A DNA stretch of 64,000 nucleotides from Eukaryota sp. GEM-RC1 (Eukaryota): positions 1,736,001-1,800,000 of the forward strand of contig JAUFOQ010000017.1 in the NCBI GenBank assembly GCA_040285855.1, read 5' to 3'. The position numbers and the translations under genes are program-made. The notes under the pieces were generated by a model. The model worked only from the letters and a program-made list of their open reading frames with translations, ran no database searches and was not told the origin of the DNA. Numbering within the stretch: the stretch's first letter is position 1; the number at the start of each line of letters is the position of its first letter. Positions 57,790 through 64,000 of this stretch are shown piece after piece.

Positions 57790-59202
57790 AATACTTTCTT
57801 AAATGAATCAAAGCGACTTGGAAAAATCTATTGTTTTAAAATTTTTCTTACTGCATTTGTAAACAAATCTCGTTTTTCTAAAAATCTTAACTTTTTCAAT
57901 ATTTCTTCATCTTGAGTATTCATATACTGCTGGGCCAACCAATTACCGAATTGTTTTGCCAGGATTACATCTTCCCAATTATAAAGAAAAACTAACACTT
58001 CAACTACTCCCTTACTTTTTTAATAAAGTTTGTAATTTTGATGAAATTTTCTGGCCAGATATTCTACTCCATGGTGAGTCTTCAGGCCCAAAATATTCCA
58101 AAAGTTTTAAAATCCTACAATGTAGAGGTTTAAATGAAGCGATTTCAATAATACAATCAAAAATTCGAATAGCTAAAGAATCTAAATGAGTAGTGTCCGT
58201 TGAAAGAATGTAATCAAGTCTGTAAATAGAGATCAGTGCTGCGTAAGGATTTCCTTTGATAAAGTCTTTCAAAAGTTTAACTTCTTTCATTCTCTCAGTG
58301 GGATTAAAAACCAATTGGAGCAATTTTTCACAAATATCATACATTTTTGAAGAATTTTCAGGAAAAACACAACATGATAGAATTGTACACCAAGGTGCGC
58401 TCCTCTTTTAGAATTAAAATTGACAAATTTTGGGAGACAATAATTTAAAAATCCAATTTTTTTGAAATATTGATAAACCATCATTTTGCGGTCCAAATCG
58501 CTACAAAAAACATCAAGAAGATTCTTAAAATCAATTAAATCTGCTTGAGGTATAGAATCTTGGCCTAACAAGGAAGTTGTCTGATGGATGACGTGACACA
58601 TTTGACCTTCAGAGAAAAAGAAGGAACTGTATAAGCCAAGACGTTCAGTTTCAGGGATTAGAGACAGTGAGACTCTCTGTAGAAGAAAAGCCTTTCGACG
58701 GTTGTCCTCTGACACAGAGGGATGTGTGGAGAGGAGGGAAAGCAGAAGGATGAAGAGGAGAGCAAAGGGACCATATGAGAGTTGTTGGGATAGTGATTCG
58801 TGGCATTCTTTACTATCAAGAGCAGTGTCTGACATACAGAAGGAAAGTGCGTTGAAAAGAAAAGAGAATTGACCAGTTGAAGAGACATCGGATCGGAAGG
58901 GGACGGATATCCCATTCTGGATACAGAGCTCAGTGGTTAGAGCTCCCAGGGAATTGTCAAGGGATAAGAAGTTATCTTTAAGTATAGGGTCAGTCAGTAC
59001 CTGATCCAGGCCTGCAGGGGGGAGCAGAGAGGCTGAGAAGAGATTCTAGACTGTGGATATTTGAAAGGGTGACCTCACGAAGTTTGTTGAGAATAAGAGT
59101 GGCAATGTCATGCCGAGAGAGACCGAGTTGTTCTAATAAGGCAGCAAGAACAGCAACTTGCTGTGTTGATGTGAAAGTGTCAAAGTCGTTTCTTGATGTC
59201 AT
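57790..59202 (-). CDS. Fragmented helical protein, N-terminus weakly like NELF-B/COBRA1; ends uncertain
   Basis: Chain of same-strand ORFs; LLEQLGLSRHDI..LIL.KLRE and SDP motifs are reminiscent of COBRA1; multiple frame breaks. Confidence 0.35.
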
Positions 59203-60644
59203 TCAACCCAAATAAAGTTGAAAGAGCGGAGAGGAAGAAGTCTCAAAGGACTTCAATGTGGTTAAATCTACGATCAAAAACTTTGTTCAAGTATCATCCA
59301 GTACTATTTTACTTCTTCCTACTACAAGAATATATTGAAGACTACTAATTTTTTTGAAGCCGTCCATGCATATAAACAAAATTGTTGCTTCTGCTTGTTT
59401 GAATTCAAAAATACAAAACAACTGTGCAGCACAGGTATAAGTGCAGGAAACGTTTGTCTGTTTCGTTCACTCAAGATGTTAAAATCATTAACACTAATTT
59501 TTCGAACTAATGTGTTATTGATCAGCACAGTCACTGTCTATTGGTTTACAGATTTTCGTTCAGTTATTGATGAAATTGTTTGGATATGAAGAATGTCTTT
59601 TAGAGCAGTGTTGGCGCTTTGAGATGATTCTGACTTTTTGGATGGAGGCATAAAAGGAAATGTTCTAGACGTTTTAATAATGATATTTATAAGTACAAAA
59701 AGTCAAGAAACAGCGCTTATTTTGACCACGTTTGTCAACCAGAATTTTATGTAACAATTGAATTGATGATGCAATGATGCTCGCAATCATATAATTTACA
59801 TAAAAAACAAAAGGTGACATCTAGAGCATACATAAAGAAATCTGCGAACGCCATTGAAATTGAATACAACAAATTAATGTCTCGTTATCAAACATGTCAG
59901 AATCTAGAGAAGACGGCAAAGCTCCTGGACATCGAGGTGAAGGATTCCACGGCAGAGGCAGAGAAGGAAGACACAAAAACCTGGAGAGTGAGCCTCATGC
60001 AAGTGTAGAGGAATGGCTAAGAGACAGTGAGTCGAAAATGGTATGTACTGAACCACTAGAAGGATCTCCAAGTGATTTTCCAGAACTCCGTCAAGAGTAC
60101 GAGGAATATGCCGAAACTCTGCCATCAGTTCACCCTGAAGCGTTATCTCGTGAAGGCCGAGAAATAGTAGAAGGGGAAAACTTCCGTCACAAGGGAAGAG
60201 ATGATCCCGATGCTCCAAAATTTCACAAAGAGACCAAGACTTTTAGAAAATCTCAATGTAAAAAAAATTCCTGTAGAAGAAAAGTTGAAGGCAAAGGAAA
60301 CACTGAAGGATATGAGAGAACATCACCATTAATATAGATAAAATATCGTCTGGAACAACTGTTTTGAACTAATATTTCTAATCTGATACAAACGTCAAAC
60401 AGACTCAGGAATTAAATCGATGTGCTTGTATTACAAATGTTGGACTAATCTAGATGCTTTGATTCAATTATTCCATCTAAAGTCAACAATGTGATCTGTA
60501 ACAAAATGAAAACATGGAACTGTTGTAAAAGGCAGGAGAAACCACAGATCGACGTATAAAAGAGCTCAACCAAAACCACCGGATGGGTCTGGTGATAGAC
60601 TTGCTCATGGGTCCATTAATTGTACAAGAAATGTCCCGTATAAT

Positions 60645-61257
60645 CAGGACTTGCAAAATTGCATTGCTAATTAATTGCTCTCATTTTTCGTGGAGCAATG
60701 AATTTTTGCAATAATCACACCTGCTGCAATTAATTCCCCAATTAATTGGTTCATGGTATACTAACCATTCGTACTTTTGAATAAAAAACCCTCCATCGTA
60801 TTGTTCTTTATGTAAACAAGACTGGTTTGCCGAATTCACTGTACTGTAAAAAGATAACAAAATGGAGCAATATTCACTAAAGAATATCATGAATAGTGAC
60901 AAAAGGCTGCCTTTATAGATGTAAACCAAATAAACCATCACTAACTTTGCTTGACTCAATATACGTTTCACTTCTAAAAAAGTCATCTGAAATTTAGAAT
61001 TAGTCGGAAAACAGGCCTTTTAAAAACAGAGTCCGAGTATTGGTAGGGAAAACAAACAAGGAAGTCTGTATGAATTAGGATAATTGATTTATGAGCTGTT
61101 GTTCAGCTAAAATACAGAGTAAATTCTATTCATGTCATGCACTTGAAACGTGTGTTATCATTGCAATTAATTGGTCTCCCATTTTTCAATCTAATTTTTT
61201 ATTGCAATTAAGTAATTGGCGATAATTTGATTGACAATTCAATTTTCTCAAGTCCTA
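60645..61257. mobile_element. Degenerate hAT-like TIR element with CAATT subterminal repeats
   Basis: Left CAGGACTTGCAAAATTGCATTG; the right end reverse-complements to TAGGACTTGAGAAAATTGAATTG; no clean TSD. Confidence 0.55.
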
Positions 61258-61753
61258 ATATCATATAATTGAGAGGGGTCATGCGTACTACATTATACAA
61301 ACATACTCACCACTATGATTTGTGTGGGAACATCGCCTGTTCAAATGTGTTAATCGATGAATTGTCATGAAAATTACCCATCCATGCATTTGCATTTGTG
61401 TGTAACTAGTGCAAATCAGTATATCCTAGCAGGAGTGTGTATCGATAAATTGATATTGTTCGATAACGATATATCTACTTATCGATATCTCATCGAGCCA
61501 ACAATTCTGAAAGAAATATTTATCGACTGTCTCCAACAATATTCCGACATATTGCAATAAATAAGGATAAATTTTGGGAGACCAAATATTTCGCACTTGA
61601 ACTAGTCTCACTAAATCCATACATCTATAACATCATTTTTTTGAAAAACCTTCTCTCTAATTCAAGTTACCAATCTCTTTAACAAATAAACTCTGCCCTT
61701 GATATATATGTGTTTCGTCACGATTTCTTGAAGATCAATGGTCAACTTATATT

Positions 61754-62624
61754 TAGGGCTGTTAATGGATGGATGGATGTGGATGTGGATGACCAACTTG
61801 AGATCCACCTGGATGGTGGATTTACGAAAACTCATCCACCATCCATCCACCATCCATCCATCTTCATCGATGGATGACTTTGTAGATTACTTGACAAATT
61901 GGTTTAACGATTAATACAGTTCTTTATTGATGGTATGATATAAACACTAGAACCAAATCGAATTTAACAGTGGTTGAAGGTCTGTACACTTACTCCAAGA
62001 CTTGTTACAAAGAAGGGCTTCAACAATGTCTTCCTTCAAGGATGTTCTGGCACCACTCTAAAATATCGGCCTTGAGGTCAATCAAATCATCTGATAGATA
62101 CTTATCTAACTTATTTATTGTAACATCTACATTGATTTCCTGGCTTGCAGGGTTATGCAGAGCCTGACTTGTTCTTCTCTGTTATCAAGTCTAGTTGACA
62201 ACCTTGTAGGTGATTCTACGGTAAGATGCTTTACTTGGTTGTAATGATGCATATTCACCAATTGGATTTCCTGAAATACCGAACTATGTAGATATTTATT
62301 ATGGAAATAGAATTATCCGAATTCATCTATTAAATGTAAAAATTGTTATAGATGATTATAAAATTAAAGATTATAGAGACTACGCCATTTTTGATAAAAA
62401 ATACCAATTCAACTATGATACGCAAGGAATCTATGGAAGGACGATAATAAAGATAGTCTTAAAAACATACAATACAATGTCAGTGAAAGTTGGTAGGAGT
62501 GGATATCCATGAATGATGTTTGGAATCCACCATCCACGTGGATCTCAAGTTTTTCATCCATTATGGATGGATGGTGGATGGATGGTGGATTTGGTGGATG
62601 GTTTTTCATCCATTAACAGCCCTA
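61754..62624. mobile_element. hAT-type MITE with GGAT/ATCC subterminal repeats
   Basis: Perfect 18-bp TIR TAGGGCTGTTAATGGATG; 8-bp TSD CTTATATT at 61746-61753 and 62625-62632; inverted inner block AACTTGAGATCCAC.TGGATGGTGGATT. Confidence 0.93.
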
Positions 62625-63276
62625 CTTATATTCATGCCAAACTCCAGTACCATCTCTAGTTGGATCTTGGAAGATGATCTGGGCCTTAAAGCAACGCATG
62701 AAGCTAGAACAAATGACTTAGAGTGTTCAGAGGGGAATTTTATTTTCAAGTAAGGTTTTAAGTTGATCTTAACAGTATAAAAGTTCTTCAAACTTTAAAA
62801 GCTCATTCAATCAAATGTATGTTTGTTGCATCTTTATCGTTAAAAACAACCGAAGTAGTACAATTTATAGTCAATCAAGGTTCCAATTAATCTTAGTAGT
62901 ATTCGGATACCATTAAATCAAGGAGACGCACTAATGTTTGTAGAACAAACAAAAATTGCCTTGGGCACCTAGACACTGCATTGTGCTATTATTTCCTTGA
63001 ATACTAGTCTTTCGTGAGTTACAACTTTGTACACACGGAATTCAAGCACCTTCAAAAACTATGATGGCTAAAGTCTTTCAGACGACTAGTTGATGAAATC
63101 TGTGGAAAACTCCAGTATTGCTCACTGCTCATTTATATCGAAACCCCTCTTTCCAAAAAATGTAGTGAGTTTATTAAGGGTAAACATTACAAGCACACTA
63201 TCTCTACTGCTTGTAGGTGATTGCTTGGCGACTGCTTGTTCTTGAACCAATGTTTTCGAAATAGATCAGTGCCTAC

Positions 63277-63420
63277 CAGGGGTTTGAAATACGGCATGGA
63301 CCCATATCCATAATTCCCCATAATGGCCATACCATAAGTATGGAACGTCAAAATCAATTATGGCTATTCGTCCCATATCATGGCCATATATGGGGGTCCA
63401 TAATTTCTAGATTTCAATTA
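63277..63420. mobile_element. Probable hAT-like end (CAGGGG) with CCATA/TATGG subterminal repeats
   Basis: CAGGGGTTTGAAAT followed by about ten CCATA/TATGG motifs; partner end and TSD not identified. Confidence 0.4.
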
Positions 63421-64000
63421 ACCAACTTATGGGGAAACAGCAGTAATAAATACATTTAAACAGTGGATTTTAGGGTTCTGTGATCGGTAAAACTTATAAA
63501 ATATATTCCTTGACAAAAACTGTTGATCAATTTTGCTAGGATGAGTGGAAATAGTGGTGTTATTGTTGTCAATTAATTATCTTAACACACTATCCAACCT
63601 CCCCCAAAACAGTAGGCTCGAATACCGAGTCTTGACCAAGTTACTGATCGTTGTCAAGTTTGGGCCTCAGTAGAAGTAAGTCAAGAGGTAGAAGCCAGTG
63701 ATTCAGTTGCTCAAGAATATAGCAAAGCCGAAGAACAAACTACATTATCGTTTTTCTATAACATAGTTTTTCGACAGTTACACTATTTGTTGCCAAAAGT
63801 ATTTTCCATAAGTTTTTGCAACAATTAGTGTTACGTACACTAATTACTGTAATTTGTGTAGAAGGAAATGAGAAGTCAGTGTTTCCCATTTCAACAAGTG
63901 ACAGTAAACCCAACCCAGTCGAACGACTCTTCAGTCGTGCCCGACAGCTAATGGTTTTGTTATGGTTCTCTCTAACTAATGCAAATCTTGAAAGGCAGCT

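Noticed and set aside
59814..60620. GC-richer ORF patch as a functional gene
   Set aside because: Frames are interrupted, there is no recognisable domain, and it lies among decayed transposons; left uncalled.
1..64000. Alternative genetic code (stop-codon reassignment) to explain broken ORFs
   Set aside because: TAA, TAG and TGA all end well-supported genes (legumain, Rab28, macrodomain), and the breaks are frame shifts or introns, not in-frame stops.

Overview
This is AT-rich nuclear DNA of a microbial eukaryote, not prokaryotic DNA. It has 29-33 nt GT-AG spliceosomal introns, Rab GTPases and cilium-associated gene types (Rab28, a Dpy-30-motif protein), so a compact-genome flagellate protist is inferred. 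About 20 tightly packed genes and two tRNA genes alternate with transposon-rich islands. The genes include Rab28, legumain, a TmcB-like membrane protein, PAC2, PGS1, a La-motif/EXD2-type HNH fusion, a macrodomain, a GH31 glucosidase, TauE, ferroportin, a PPC-repeat receptor, thymidylate kinase, Rab21, PIG-L and a LARP. The islands hold several families of CRE-like (RT plus restriction-like endonuclease) non-LTR retrotransposons and hAT-, Tc1/mariner- and Mutator-type non-autonomous elements, several with readable TIRs and TSDs. Many genes show single-base frame breaks in homopolymers, most likely long-read assembly errors. The most notable observations are: a probable 1-nucleotide exon between two 29-nt introns in the TauE gene; retrotransposons ending in CCCCG-oligo(T) rather than poly(A); a conserved 3' hairpin in a second retro family; a three-level nested insertion with TSDs; and several unusual protein architectures. 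All family assignments come from motif recognition by eye, not from database searches.
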